Shown here piece after piece: positions 24,928-33,826 of a DNA stretch of 42,149 nucleotides. The position numbers and the translations under genes were made by a program. Numbering within the stretch: position 1 is the stretch's first letter; every line of letters starts with the position of its first letter. This DNA is from an uncultured archaeon (lineage in GTDB: Archaea; Altiarchaeota; Altiarchaeia; IMC4; SCGC-AAA252-I15), in contig CAYREE010000003.1 of the NCBI GenBank assembly GCA_964423225.1, forward strand, positions 1-42,149. Reading direction: 5' to 3'. The notes below the pieces were generated by a model. It had not been told where the DNA came from, searched no databases, and was given only the letters and a program-made list of their open reading frames with translations.

Positions 24928-26295
24928 TCACTCTAAATAGCCGATCTCCCTTAATCGTTTCAATGTTTCTTCATCGTATTCGACTTCCTTAGACTTGTAT
25001 TTTGCAATATTACCAGTGAGGAAATCATCAAGGATTAATTCGAGTTCACCACGAATAGCATTATCCAGATCCAAAGGACTCGTCTCATTAACATCATTAA
25101 TAATATCATATAGCTCATAGTTTTCATCAAACTTTTTAGTCTTTGGCCGATAGATCAACTTATGCCCTTTAAACCTAACTGCCTTCAATTCAGGACCATA
25201 TTGAGGGTGAATAGCCTCGCTATATACTATCCTGTCCTGATTTTCCCTTCCAAAAAGCATTGGGATAAGACTTGCTCCACTAGCCGTGTATCCAGGGATA
25301 TCAAGAATGTCAAGAATAGTAGGTAGTATGTCAATGCTCCTAACCTGATATTTAATCCTAGTAGATTTTTTAATTGACGGGATATGCATGAACATTGGGA
25401 CATGTATCAACTCATCATACTGTGTATGACCATGGTCAGTAGCACCATGTTCGGAAAATTCCTCACCATGGTCTGCTATGATTACGATAATCGTTTTATC
25501 ATAGATTCCAAGATCCTTTATACCGTCAATCAAACCTCCCAACTGTTCATCCATATATTTTATCTCACCATCATGCAGAGCATGAAGATAATCCATTTCC
25601 TTAGCTGTAAAAACCCTTCCTGTGGAGGTTGTCTTAAAGCGAGTGGTCTCCCGATAATCTTGTGGAATATCCTTGATAAACAAATCATCATATCCATCAG
25701 GCGGATTATATGGTTGATGCGGCTCCTCGATATGCAACCAGATGAATGACTTCTCATCCTTATGCTCACGTAAAACTTTCAAAGCCTGATTCTTGAAAAT
25801 ATCTGCAGATCCTCCACGACCTTGCTTCTTAAAACCCTGCTCGAAACCAAGTTCATTCAATGGAAACCATGCCTTATAATTATAATAAGTATAATATCCG
25901 CCCTCATTTAGTATCTCTGTAATCGTCGTATAATTTTCAGATATACCTGCCTTAGGATTGATGACACCATGCTCACTAGGATAAAGAGAAGTTAAAATAG
26001 ACGCCAGAGAGGGAGTAGTCCACGAAGACTGTGTGAAAGCATTTTCAAATAGAATATTTTCTCTTCCAAAATCATCTAATTCAGGGGTAATATTCCTTGA
26101 ATATCCCATTGATGTAACATGATCAGCCCTAAAAGTTTCGAGAGTAATAAGCAGAACATTACAATCAGAACAAGTATAGTCTGGGAGAGCAACAACAGTC
26201 TCATTGGATTCTTTTTGAGACTGGTCGATACAACCAAATAATAGTGTAACTATCAACAAAAAAGCGAGTTGCCGAGTAAACAAGGGAGATTCCAT
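24928..26295 (-). CDS. Sulfatase-like hydrolase/transferase (alkaline-phosphatase superfamily), predicted lipoprotein; Thr replaces the formylglycine Cys/Ser
   Basis: LAFLLIVTLLFGC is a signal with a lipobox-like FGC (Cys22). LLITLETFRADH is a metal-binding Asp region. SSWTTPSLASILTS aligns with the sulfatase C-T-P-S-R-A-x-L-L-T-G. IADHGEEFSEHG is also present. Confidence 0.75.
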   Translation of the reverse strand: MESPLFTRQLAFLLIVTLLFGCIDQSQKESNETVVALPDYTCSDCNVLLITLETFRADHVTSMGYSRNITPELDDFGRENILFENAFTQSSWTTPSLASILTSLYPSEHGVINPKAGISENYTTITEILNEGGYYTYYNYKAWFPLNELGFEQGFKKQGRGGSADIFKNQALKVLREHKDEKSFIWLHIEEPHQPYNPPDGYDDLFIKDIPQDYRETTRFKTTSTGRVFTAKEMDYLHALHDGEIKYMDEQLGGLIDGIKDLGIYDKTIIVIIADHGEEFSEHGATDHGHTQYDELIHVPMFMHIPSIKKSTRIKYQVRSIDILPTILDILDIPGYTASGASLIPMLFGRENQDRIVYSEAIHPQYGPELKAVRFKGHKLIYRPKTKKFDENYELYDIINDVNETSPLDLDNAIRGELELILDDFLTGNIAKYKSKEVEYDEETLKRLREIGYLE

Positions 26296-26387
26296 GGTTT
26301 ATCCATTGTGGCACTATACAATATATACTAAGAAACAAATCAAAAAAAACAGACAGAATTTTATTAATTTAAATCAACTCTAAGTTT
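26296..26387. promoter_or_regulatory. Divergent intergenic region; presumably holds promoters for the sulfatase-like/GT-C/GT-C operon (-) and the GT-C gene (+)
   Basis: 92-nt AT-rich spacer between divergent genes, containing TATA-like ACAATATATACT and TTTTATTAATTT. No transcription data are available. Confidence 0.3.
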
Positions 26388-26393
26388 TTGTTA

Positions 26394-27953
26394 ATGATAG
26401 ATGAAATAATGGATAAACCAGGTAAGAGACATATAATCATCATCATACTATTCGCCTTGCTGATAAGAATCGTATTTCTTGTAGGATATAATCTGTCTGA
26501 CGACCTCGGATACGCCGAAACTGCAGGTATCATCATTTCAGGAAAAGAATATGTGTCTACAACAACCACGTTCTACCTGGTATCAAACATGCGATTGTTG
26601 ATGGTCTATCCAATAGCATTATCATTCAAAATCTTTGGTGTCAACGATTATTCCCTTGTAATATATCCCTTATTATGCTCAATTGGAGGTATCTTCATAA
26701 CCTATAAACTTGGCGAGATGCTCTTCAACAAAGAGACAGGCATCCTCGCAAGCCTACTTCTTTCCTTTTATCCAATGGATGTGATCTATGCTACATGGGC
26801 TATGCCCGACGTGCCGATAGCTTTTTTCATGGCATCCGCCACATACTTTTTTTTAAAAGCCGAAAAACTCCGGGAAAATGAAAAATACTCGATCAAAGGA
26901 ATAAACATCAATAAAAGAGGAGTCTTATTGGTAGTTACCGGACTCATAATCGGTGTTTCCTACCTGATAAGGGTCTCAGGTCTAATGATCCTATTAGTCA
27001 TAATAACATACATCCTTTATCGAACATGGATTACAAAAAGAATAAAACTGGATTATTGTTGGATACTTACAGGTATCCTAATCATAATATTTCTAGAAGC
27101 GTGTTTTTACTACACTCAATTAGGGAGCATTGATGGATTAAGCCTAAGATATAAAGCCATTGAAGATACTTTTGGATCCACACCAGGCTACCATGACCAG
27201 TATTATTTCTTAAGAGGTATGCTTAATTTAGACTACGAAAACAATTTCATGTGGGAGAACAGATATGATGTGCATTACGGACTCTACTATTATCTGATAA
27301 TCCCCGCAATAATAATCTGTATTCTAACAAGGGATAAAAAAGCCTTCCCCGTGATAATCTGGTTGATTGCATTATTCCTATGGTCAAATTATGGGTCAAT
27401 GAGCATTACAAAATATGTCCTAATACACAAGCTACACAGACATATGACAATAATAGCGATACCATCCATGCTAATACTATCCAAAGTCATTATCGACAGG
27501 TTCTATAACAAGAAATCCATTATTCCAAGGACGATCGGCTTGCTTATAATAATCGCACTATTTACCACCTCAATTTTTTATATTTCAAACAGGTACGTGT
27601 ACTTAAAAGCCTCAGTACATGACTTCACACTAATGCATACAATATTAAAAGACTTAGACGACAAACCGATTTATGGCGATCCAGTCGTACGAACCCAATT
27701 GAAATACAAATTCAAATATAAGAAAAATGAATTGATCAGAACAATTGAAAATGTTAAAGAATGCGATGAGATAAAAGACGCATATGTGATAATGAAGGGT
27801 TCGCGCGGATTTGTTGACAATGAATTCTTTATCAATTCAATACCAGAATGCATGTATGAGCCACCCTCAAACTGGGATCTGATAGAGATTATCAAAGGCC
27901 CAAAAATAGATTTTTTTAGCTCATATGATCCAGTAGTATACTATGTCAGATAA
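26394..27953 (+). CDS. GT-C-fold polytopic glycosyltransferase (PMT_2/ArnT-like), paralogue group 1
   Basis: About 519 aa (track start is the TTG at 26388; first ATG at 26394). LLIRIVFLVGYNLSDDLGY, ATWAMPDVPIAFF, and a C-terminal domain with C-x28-C as in 9597..11132, its closest paralogue by eye. Confidence 0.75.
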   Translation: MIDEIMDKPGKRHIIIIILFALLIRIVFLVGYNLSDDLGYAETAGIIISGKEYVSTTTTFYLVSNMRLLMVYPIALSFKIFGVNDYSLVIYPLLCSIGGIFITYKLGEMLFNKETGILASLLLSFYPMDVIYATWAMPDVPIAFFMASATYFFLKAEKLRENEKYSIKGININKRGVLLVVTGLIIGVSYLIRVSGLMILLVIITYILYRTWITKRIKLDYCWILTGILIIIFLEACFYYTQLGSIDGLSLRYKAIEDTFGSTPGYHDQYYFLRGMLNLDYENNFMWENRYDVHYGLYYYLIIPAIIICILTRDKKAFPVIIWLIALFLWSNYGSMSITKYVLIHKLHRHMTIIAIPSMLILSKVIIDRFYNKKSIIPRTIGLLIIIALFTTSIFYISNRYVYLKASVHDFTLMHTILKDLDDKPIYGDPVVRTQLKYKFKYKKNELIRTIENVKECDEIKDAYVIMKGSRGFVDNEFFINSIPECMYEPPSNWDLIEIIKGPKIDFFSSYDPVVYYVR

Positions 27954-27960
27954 TAGAGGA

Positions 27961-28761
27961 TTATTTCACACAGAAATCTTCCCGCATACCCTGCATCCCA
28001 GGACATTCGCAAAGCCTATTCGTATCCATATAAACATTGACTAATCCCTGGATGCAAGTATAAGAATAATCCCTGATATTAATACAATCCGATAACATGG
28101 CGCACGGATCCTCTCCATAAGCCCTGTTTAAGATATGTCCCATACATAGGCCGAAATGATGATAACAAGTGTCAACTGCTTGTGGATTTGTGTTGATGAG
28201 ATCATTATGAACTGTCTCGCAAAAATTTAATGATAAGTATTTATCTTTGTTGCAGACCAGTTCCTGGATATGTCCGATACAATGATGTTGGAATATATCT
28301 GAATTTAGACATGATTCATACGCATTTTCAAAGTTGTCTTGGACAATTGCTAATTGCTCTGCATTTTTAAAAAAACATTCGCTTCGCCAAATTTGATCTT
28401 CAACAGAATTGCACATTTTATTCACATTATCCTTGATTTCTTGATAGTTTGGCGTCTCGCGGATAATATGATTGGAGACCTCGATGATGCAGTGGCTCTT
28501 TAAATGAGTCCTCTTTATCTTGTAGCAGTAATCCAAACCCTTTGTATAGTTTATATTGTAAGAATAACTTGATTTTAGGAAATAACAGTAATCACGGTAG
28601 TTATCAGTAAATTCGTCACAATTCATTGAAACACGATAGTTTTCAGATATGCTTAGTAATTGATAGGAATAATATACGGTTATCAACAGGGTAAAACACA
28701 TTAGCCCATAGGCTATGATCTGTCGTCTCTTACTATTTTGTTTTCTTGCTTCTTGATCCAT
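27961..28761 (-). CDS. Membrane-anchored Cys-rich protein (18 extracytoplasmic Cys, mostly C-x9-11-C pairs); same family as 6820..7437
   Basis: 266 aa; N-terminal basic region plus TM (IIAYGLMCFTLLITVYY), then repeated C-x10-11-C units (48/59, 79/91, 117/129, 151/161, 170/181 ...). Its start lies 1 nt after the upstream stop. Confidence 0.6.
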   Translation of the reverse strand: MDQEARKQNSKRRQIIAYGLMCFTLLITVYYSYQLLSISENYRVSMNCDEFTDNYRDYCYFLKSSYSYNINYTKGLDYCYKIKRTHLKSHCIIEVSNHIIRETPNYQEIKDNVNKMCNSVEDQIWRSECFFKNAEQLAIVQDNFENAYESCLNSDIFQHHCIGHIQELVCNKDKYLSLNFCETVHNDLINTNPQAVDTCYHHFGLCMGHILNRAYGEDPCAMLSDCINIRDYSYTCIQGLVNVYMDTNRLCECPGMQGMREDFCVK

Positions 28762-28762
28762 T

Positions 28763-29245
28763 CTAATTAGTCCTAAAGATAAATGATCTGCCGATCTCCG
28801 ACGTACATGATGCCTTAAGAGAATATTGAGATATCTTAGTGCATAGGAGATTTAGTTTTGTCATGAGTCTTTCAAAACCGAGCATTTCCTCTTTGTTTTT
28901 GTTGTGATAATTGACTAGAACAGTGTGAACAAGTTCATAATAGCAGGCATCCCTGATAGTCTGATCCTTGATTTGACCGCATATCTGCTCCGACTTTTCT
29001 GGATCCACTAATATCAGTTTAAATGCAGTATCTGCAAGGCATCCATTAAACTCTAGTTCGTTTGATTGTTCGTCACATTCACTTGTTGAAGTATTACTAA
29101 ACGGATTTATTATTAGGATAAAGTTTACGATAAAAAGCAGGAGTGTAAGGGCAAGTGGAAGATAGCTATTTTTGAATCCATCACCACCATCATCTTTCGC
29201 AGCATCAAGTTTCTTTTTCTTCATTTTTTTACTACCACCAATCAT
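28763..29245 (-). CDS. Membrane-anchored Cys-pair repeat protein (3 pairs); same family
   Basis: 160 aa; Lys-rich N-terminus, TM (LPLALTLLLFIVNFILII), Cys pairs 57/69, 89/101, 135/147 (each C-x11-C). ATGA overlap with the GT2 stop. Confidence 0.6.
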   Translation of the reverse strand: MIGGSKKMKKKKLDAAKDDGGDGFKNSYLPLALTLLLFIVNFILIINPFSNTSTSECDEQSNELEFNGCLADTAFKLILVDPEKSEQICGQIKDQTIRDACYYELVHTVLVNYHNKNKEEMLGFERLMTKLNLLCTKISQYSLKASCTSEIGRSFIFRTN

Positions 29246-29907
29246 AAGACTTCCATAATAATGCGTTTTAATATACGCCAGCCATCACTAATCGTCCCAA
29301 GCTTTCCCACTCCAGACTTTCGTGCCTTCTCAAAACTTGGTACTTCAAGAGTCCTTAACTTGTTTTTAGCAGCTTTAATAGATATTTCAGTTTCAATACC
29401 AAAACCATCTTCAGTAAGTTCAAGGTCTTTTATAACCTCTCGTCTAAAGGACCGGTATCCGTAACAGAGGTCTGAATAATTTGTCCTCCATAAAGTATTT
29501 ACCATTTTTACGAACATCCAGTTGCCAAACTTGCGTATTAGACTGATATCCTCACTTCCTCCACCTTGTATGAACCTAGAGCCCATACAAATATCATAAC
29601 CCGCTTCTATACCTGCGATAAGAAGTATTAGCTCGCTTGAAAGATGTGAGCAATCAGCATCCATCATAATAATAATGTCTCCTTTACCTTCGTTCATACC
29701 GATTCTGAGTGCAGATCCCTTCCCTTTATCATCAAAAAGGACGGTTAATCCCTTATCCTCTGCTATTTTAGCTGTATTATCCTTTGAATACCCATCGACG
29801 ATTATTATCTCATCGATGAAATCCGGTAGGGTTCCCAGAACAACAGGTAGGTTTTCCTCCTCATTTAACGTAGGAATGATTACTGTTATGCTTTTTCCAT
29901 AAAACAT
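29242..29907 (-). CDS. GT2-family glycosyltransferase, dolichyl/polyprenyl-phosphate sugar synthase-like (DPM1/AglD-type catalytic domain, no TM)
   Basis: 221 aa; ITVIIPTLNEEENL, IIIVDGYSKDNT, IIIMMDADCSH (DxD region). The short soluble GT-A architecture is typical of polyprenyl-P-mannose/glucose synthases. Confidence 0.8.
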   Translation of the reverse strand: MFYGKSITVIIPTLNEEENLPVVLGTLPDFIDEIIIVDGYSKDNTAKIAEDKGLTVLFDDKGKGSALRIGMNEGKGDIIIMMDADCSHLSSELILLIAGIEAGYDICMGSRFIQGGGSEDISLIRKFGNWMFVKMVNTLWRTNYSDLCYGYRSFRREVIKDLELTEDGFGIETEISIKAAKNKLRTLEVPSFEKARKSGVGKLGTISDGWRILKRIIMEVL

Positions 29908-29914
29908 TTTTATT

Positions 29915-31021
29915 TTAATTAATTATTTTTTCCGCTATTTTACTTGCTTTAACCATCTTTTTTTGATGGTTAATAAGGAATTTTCTCATCAATTCTGCAC
30001 AATGCTTCTTATCGTCACCACACATTAGCTTACCACTTTTACATTCATGATATATGCGTGATAATTCAAGATCATCTTCCATCAGATGATAAAGATACAA
30101 CTCATAGATAACGCATTTCTCAGGTTCTCCACCCTTCACCTTCTGTATGTCAAGTGTTTCCCTACCCCCGGTCTTCGCCCTTAAAACTTTTTTCTCGGCT
30201 TCCACAGGATCATCACTTAATCCTATATAGCTTTTTGGATCGGATGAACTCATCTTACCCCCAGATAAACCCTGCATGAATTTATGATACGTAGCCGAAG
30301 GAGGAATGCATGAAAAATCCCGTTCTCCCATATCCCTTTCAGCATTTAGCCTTGATGCAATATCTCTTGTAAGCCTTAGATGAGGATCCTGGTCTGCGCC
30401 AACTGGGACTACAACATGCTTTGGACCGCCAAGAGCAGGTAGTTGCGGATGCAATATATCAGCGACCTGTGTAAGCACAGAAGTTATCTTCGCTGGAGAT
30501 AAATCCCCATAAATAGCCTTCAACTCATTGAATGTCACCCTCTTCGAAGCGATATCCCTTAGACGATAATAATCAGTAATATAATCACTCTGGAACCAGA
30601 AGGTAAGGTTCTTAGGCTTTAATCCAAGCGCAATATAATTCGTCAGATACTCTCGTATCGCAGTGTCTCTAGCTTCTTCAAAACTGATATCCCTCATCAA
30701 ATAGCTTTCAACATCAGCAGCACAGATAAATACCTCAGCATTCTTCTCTTGGAACCATATGATTTCATCAGCCACCATCTTATGCCCTAGATGAAATTTG
30801 CCTGAAGGCATCAATCCAGTCATCAACGCATAATCCCTACCAGTTTCAATAGATTTGACTATCTTATCGAAATCCCTATGACCGAAAATAATACCTCGTC
30901 TAATATATTTAAAATCATCTAGTTTCTTCCGATACTTGTCGAATTGCTCAATACCGAAATCCGTCATCAGCTTCTCATAGTCTCCGATCTCCGATATCTT
31001 CCAAGGATCGATCTGATTCAT
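29915..31021 (-). CDS. trpS: Tryptophanyl-tRNA synthetase, archaeal/eukaryal type
   Basis: 368 aa; IDPW...DYEKLMTDFGIE, HIGH motif PSGKFHLGH, GADQDPHLRLTRD, KMSSS. Confidence 0.85.
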   Translation of the reverse strand: MNQIDPWKISEIGDYEKLMTDFGIEQFDKYRKKLDDFKYIRRGIIFGHRDFDKIVKSIETGRDYALMTGLMPSGKFHLGHKMVADEIIWFQEKNAEVFICAADVESYLMRDISFEEARDTAIREYLTNYIALGLKPKNLTFWFQSDYITDYYRLRDIASKRVTFNELKAIYGDLSPAKITSVLTQVADILHPQLPALGGPKHVVVPVGADQDPHLRLTRDIASRLNAERDMGERDFSCIPPSATYHKFMQGLSGGKMSSSDPKSYIGLSDDPVEAEKKVLRAKTGGRETLDIQKVKGGEPEKCVIYELYLYHLMEDDLELSRIYHECKSGKLMCGDDKKHCAELMRKFLINHQKKMVKASKIAEKIIN

Positions 31022-31299
31022 TTTTCCTCGTATCTAACTAGCATTTTCTCCCATTCCTGGTCTAGGTCTAGATTATAGTGGTTAGAAATTTTTATAACAA
31101 GATAAAGCAGATCCATAATCTCTGATGAAACATTATCCATATCCGAGTTCCCAGATTTATATCCATCCTTAATCAGCATTATCCTGGCTAACTCGCCTAA
31201 TTCCTCCTGCATATGCAAGACCGTCTGGCTAGGTCTGTCAACCCATCCTTTCTTCCGGTCAATATCCTTTATCTCCTTCTGCAGTTCTTTTAAAACCAT
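31018..31299 (-). CDS. MazG-like nucleotide pyrophosphohydrolase (small all-alpha NTP-PPase)
   Basis: 93 aa; LHMQEELGELARIM plus a downstream acidic helix (SSEIMDLLYLV). This is the E-x2-E-E-x3-E-type MazG pattern. 4-nt overlap with trpS. Confidence 0.65.
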   Translation of the reverse strand: MVLKELQKEIKDIDRKKGWVDRPSQTVLHMQEELGELARIMLIKDGYKSGNSDMDNVSSEIMDLLYLVIKISNHYNLDLDQEWEKMLVRYEEK

Positions 31300-31339
31300 A
31301 CAAGTATGTAATTTACATTAAAGACTAATATAGTTCCTG

Positions 31340-32524
31340 ATGGATCAGTCCAGTTTAGAGGCTCAGATAGGGATGTCAGGATATTATACGGATAATCCTG
31401 GCTTGGGAGGTATTTTAAAACAGGAGCCTGAAGATTTCATTGTTGAAGAGATCAATGAGAAAGGGACTATAATATTATTAGAAGGGGATGACTCGATCAA
31501 GGATATACAAGGGGATTATGCCCATTTCACCCTTGTAAAACGCAACTGGGATACTATTCGAGCCGTCAAAGAGGTTTCTAAAGCATTATGGATAAGCCAG
31601 AGACGATTGGGTTTTGCAGGAACAAAGGATAAACGGGCTCTGACATCCCAGAGGGTATCTGTAGGGAAGATCGGATTAGACAAGCTCAAAAAGATAAGGA
31701 TCAAAGACATCACTATAAAAGACATAAGATATGCCGACGATCCAATACGACTAGGAGATTTATGGGGAAACCGATTCACAACCACGATTAGAGGGATTGA
31801 ACTTTCATCAGAGGAGATCAACAAGAGTATTTCCAACATCATGGATGAATGTAGTGGCATGTTCCCAAATTACTATGGGATCCAGAGATTCGGAGGAATA
31901 AGACCATTAACCCACCTTGTCGGACGTGAGATACTCAGGGATGATCTTGAAACAGCAGTAATGATGTATCTATCAAAGGGTTTTAACGGGGAATCAAGCG
32001 AGAATGCATTAGTCAGAAAAGCACTTGCAGAAACCAAGGATTTCAAACAGGCCCTGACAGATTATCCCAAGAACATGGGTTATGAAAAAGCAATGTTGAA
32101 TCATCTTGTCGAAAAACCTGGAGATTATAGGGGGGCTATCATGAGGCTGCCATTTGGCTTGCAGATGATGTTCATACATGCTTATCAAAGCTTTGTTTTC
32201 AACCGTGTATTGAGCATTATCCTCGAAAAAGACTTGGATGTTGAACGCCTCCCACTGATAGGATATGAAAGCAGGATGGATGATATTTCAGCCAGGATAT
32301 TGGATGAAGAGAATATTAATCCTGAAGATTTCCGGATAAGATCAATTCCCAGGCTTTCAAGCAAGGGTGAATACAGGGATTGTTTTGCCATTGTGGAAGA
32401 CTTCAAGATAAATAATGTGGGGGATGACAAGCTGGAAATGGATGGGAAGACTGCTATAGTGTCATTCAAGCTCAGAAAAGGCTCATATGCAACAGTGTTC
32501 CTTAGGGAACTTATGAAGAATTGA
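31340..32524 (+). CDS. truD: tRNA pseudouridine(13) synthase TruD
   Basis: 394 aa; PEDFIVEEI and GFAGTKDKRA (catalytic Asp motif of the TruD/Pus7 family); PNYYGIQRFG. Confidence 0.9.
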   Translation: MDQSSLEAQIGMSGYYTDNPGLGGILKQEPEDFIVEEINEKGTIILLEGDDSIKDIQGDYAHFTLVKRNWDTIRAVKEVSKALWISQRRLGFAGTKDKRALTSQRVSVGKIGLDKLKKIRIKDITIKDIRYADDPIRLGDLWGNRFTTTIRGIELSSEEINKSISNIMDECSGMFPNYYGIQRFGGIRPLTHLVGREILRDDLETAVMMYLSKGFNGESSENALVRKALAETKDFKQALTDYPKNMGYEKAMLNHLVEKPGDYRGAIMRLPFGLQMMFIHAYQSFVFNRVLSIILEKDLDVERLPLIGYESRMDDISARILDEENINPEDFRIRSIPRLSSKGEYRDCFAIVEDFKINNVGDDKLEMDGKTAIVSFKLRKGSYATVFLRELMKN

Positions 32525-32539
32525 ATTCGAGTTATTTTT

Positions 32540-33820
32540 TTATAAGGATAATCCAGCAGCCTTTAACCAGACTTTACCTTTTTCCACTATTTCATCCAGT
32601 TTTTCCCTTGTTCTGGCTTCAGCAGTTATCCGCATATAGGGCTCTGTGCCTGATGGACGAATCAACATCCAACAGTCTTCATCTTGCACTCGAACACCAT
32701 CGATCGTAGTATAGTCCATTGAAATAATATTTTCTAAAGAATCCATGATTTTCTCTTTCTCGGAATCTGGACATTCGAGCTTAAGCCTTACTACTGGATA
32801 AGAAGGTATCTTATCGATAAGATCATAAAATACTCCCTCATCAACCATCTTTACAGTCTTGGCGATAGTAGCTACTCCATCAGGATATATGTGGATATCA
32901 GGGAAAATGTATGTTCCAGACGGTTCTCCCCCAAATCCCGCATTATTAGCCCGAATACCATCTGCAACCGAAACATCACCAACAGGAACCCTCACTACAT
33001 TATCGCACATATCCTCGATACGCATACTAGCATCAACAGTGGTAACGACAGTCTTATGCCCGTAAGAAAGCGCAGTAAGAAATGAATCCCATTCTATCAG
33101 ACTACCATCCCCCGAGATCGCGCATGTCCTATCAGCATCCCCGTCATGAGCAAACGCAATATCAAAATCACCGTCTCCCACCAATTTTAAAGTATCTGAA
33201 AGATTGTTTTCAGTAGGCTCAAGAGGATGGGGAAAAACACCATCAGTATTATCGTTAATAACAGTAACATCACAACCCATCTCGGTTAAAAGCATAGGCG
33301 TTATCGTAGAACCACTCCCACCAGAACAATCAACCAATACACGCAAATTATTACGAACACATCCAACAGAACCAAGGACAAGTTCCATATGCTTTGAAAT
33401 ATAATCCTCACTACTCTGACAGCCCGAACCAGATGCAAACTCGCCCTGATCCAACATTCCCTCAAGCAACCCTTCTTCACCAGGACTAAATGCTCCCAAC
33501 CTACTCCAAAACTTAAAACCATTATAATCAGCGGGATTATGAGATGCAGTCACCATCACACCAACCCCATACTCACTTGTTGCAACACCAACAGTAGGAG
33601 TAGTAACAACACCAAGTTCAACAACATCCTTGCCAGTCGACAATACTCCAGAAATGAACGCACTCTCAATAAGCGGGCCAGAGATACGTGTGTCACGCCC
33701 ACAAGCAACAACTTTAGAATCAGTAGATGATCCCAACGCCTTCCCCAAATCAACTGCGAAATCAAGGGGTATGTCCGAGACCTTTCTCCTAATACCTGAT
33801 GTTCCAAATAATCCAGTCAT
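32540..33820 (-). CDS. Alpha-D-phosphohexomutase (phosphoglucosamine mutase / phosphomannomutase / phosphoglucomutase type)
   Basis: 426 aa; GTSGIRRKV, TASHNPADYNGFKF (phosphoserine loop), FAHDGDADR (Mg loop), GGEPSG, RPSGTEP (phosphate-binding loop). The sugar specificity cannot be read from the sequence. Confidence 0.85.
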   Translation of the reverse strand: MTGLFGTSGIRRKVSDIPLDFAVDLGKALGSSTDSKVVACGRDTRISGPLIESAFISGVLSTGKDVVELGVVTTPTVGVATSEYGVGVMVTASHNPADYNGFKFWSRLGAFSPGEEGLLEGMLDQGEFASGSGCQSSEDYISKHMELVLGSVGCVRNNLRVLVDCSGGSGSTITPMLLTEMGCDVTVINDNTDGVFPHPLEPTENNLSDTLKLVGDGDFDIAFAHDGDADRTCAISGDGSLIEWDSFLTALSYGHKTVVTTVDASMRIEDMCDNVVRVPVGDVSVADGIRANNAGFGGEPSGTYIFPDIHIYPDGVATIAKTVKMVDEGVFYDLIDKIPSYPVVRLKLECPDSEKEKIMDSLENIISMDYTTIDGVRVQDEDCWMLIRPSGTEPYMRITAEARTREKLDEIVEKGKVWLKAAGLSL

Positions 33821-33826
33821 TTACAC

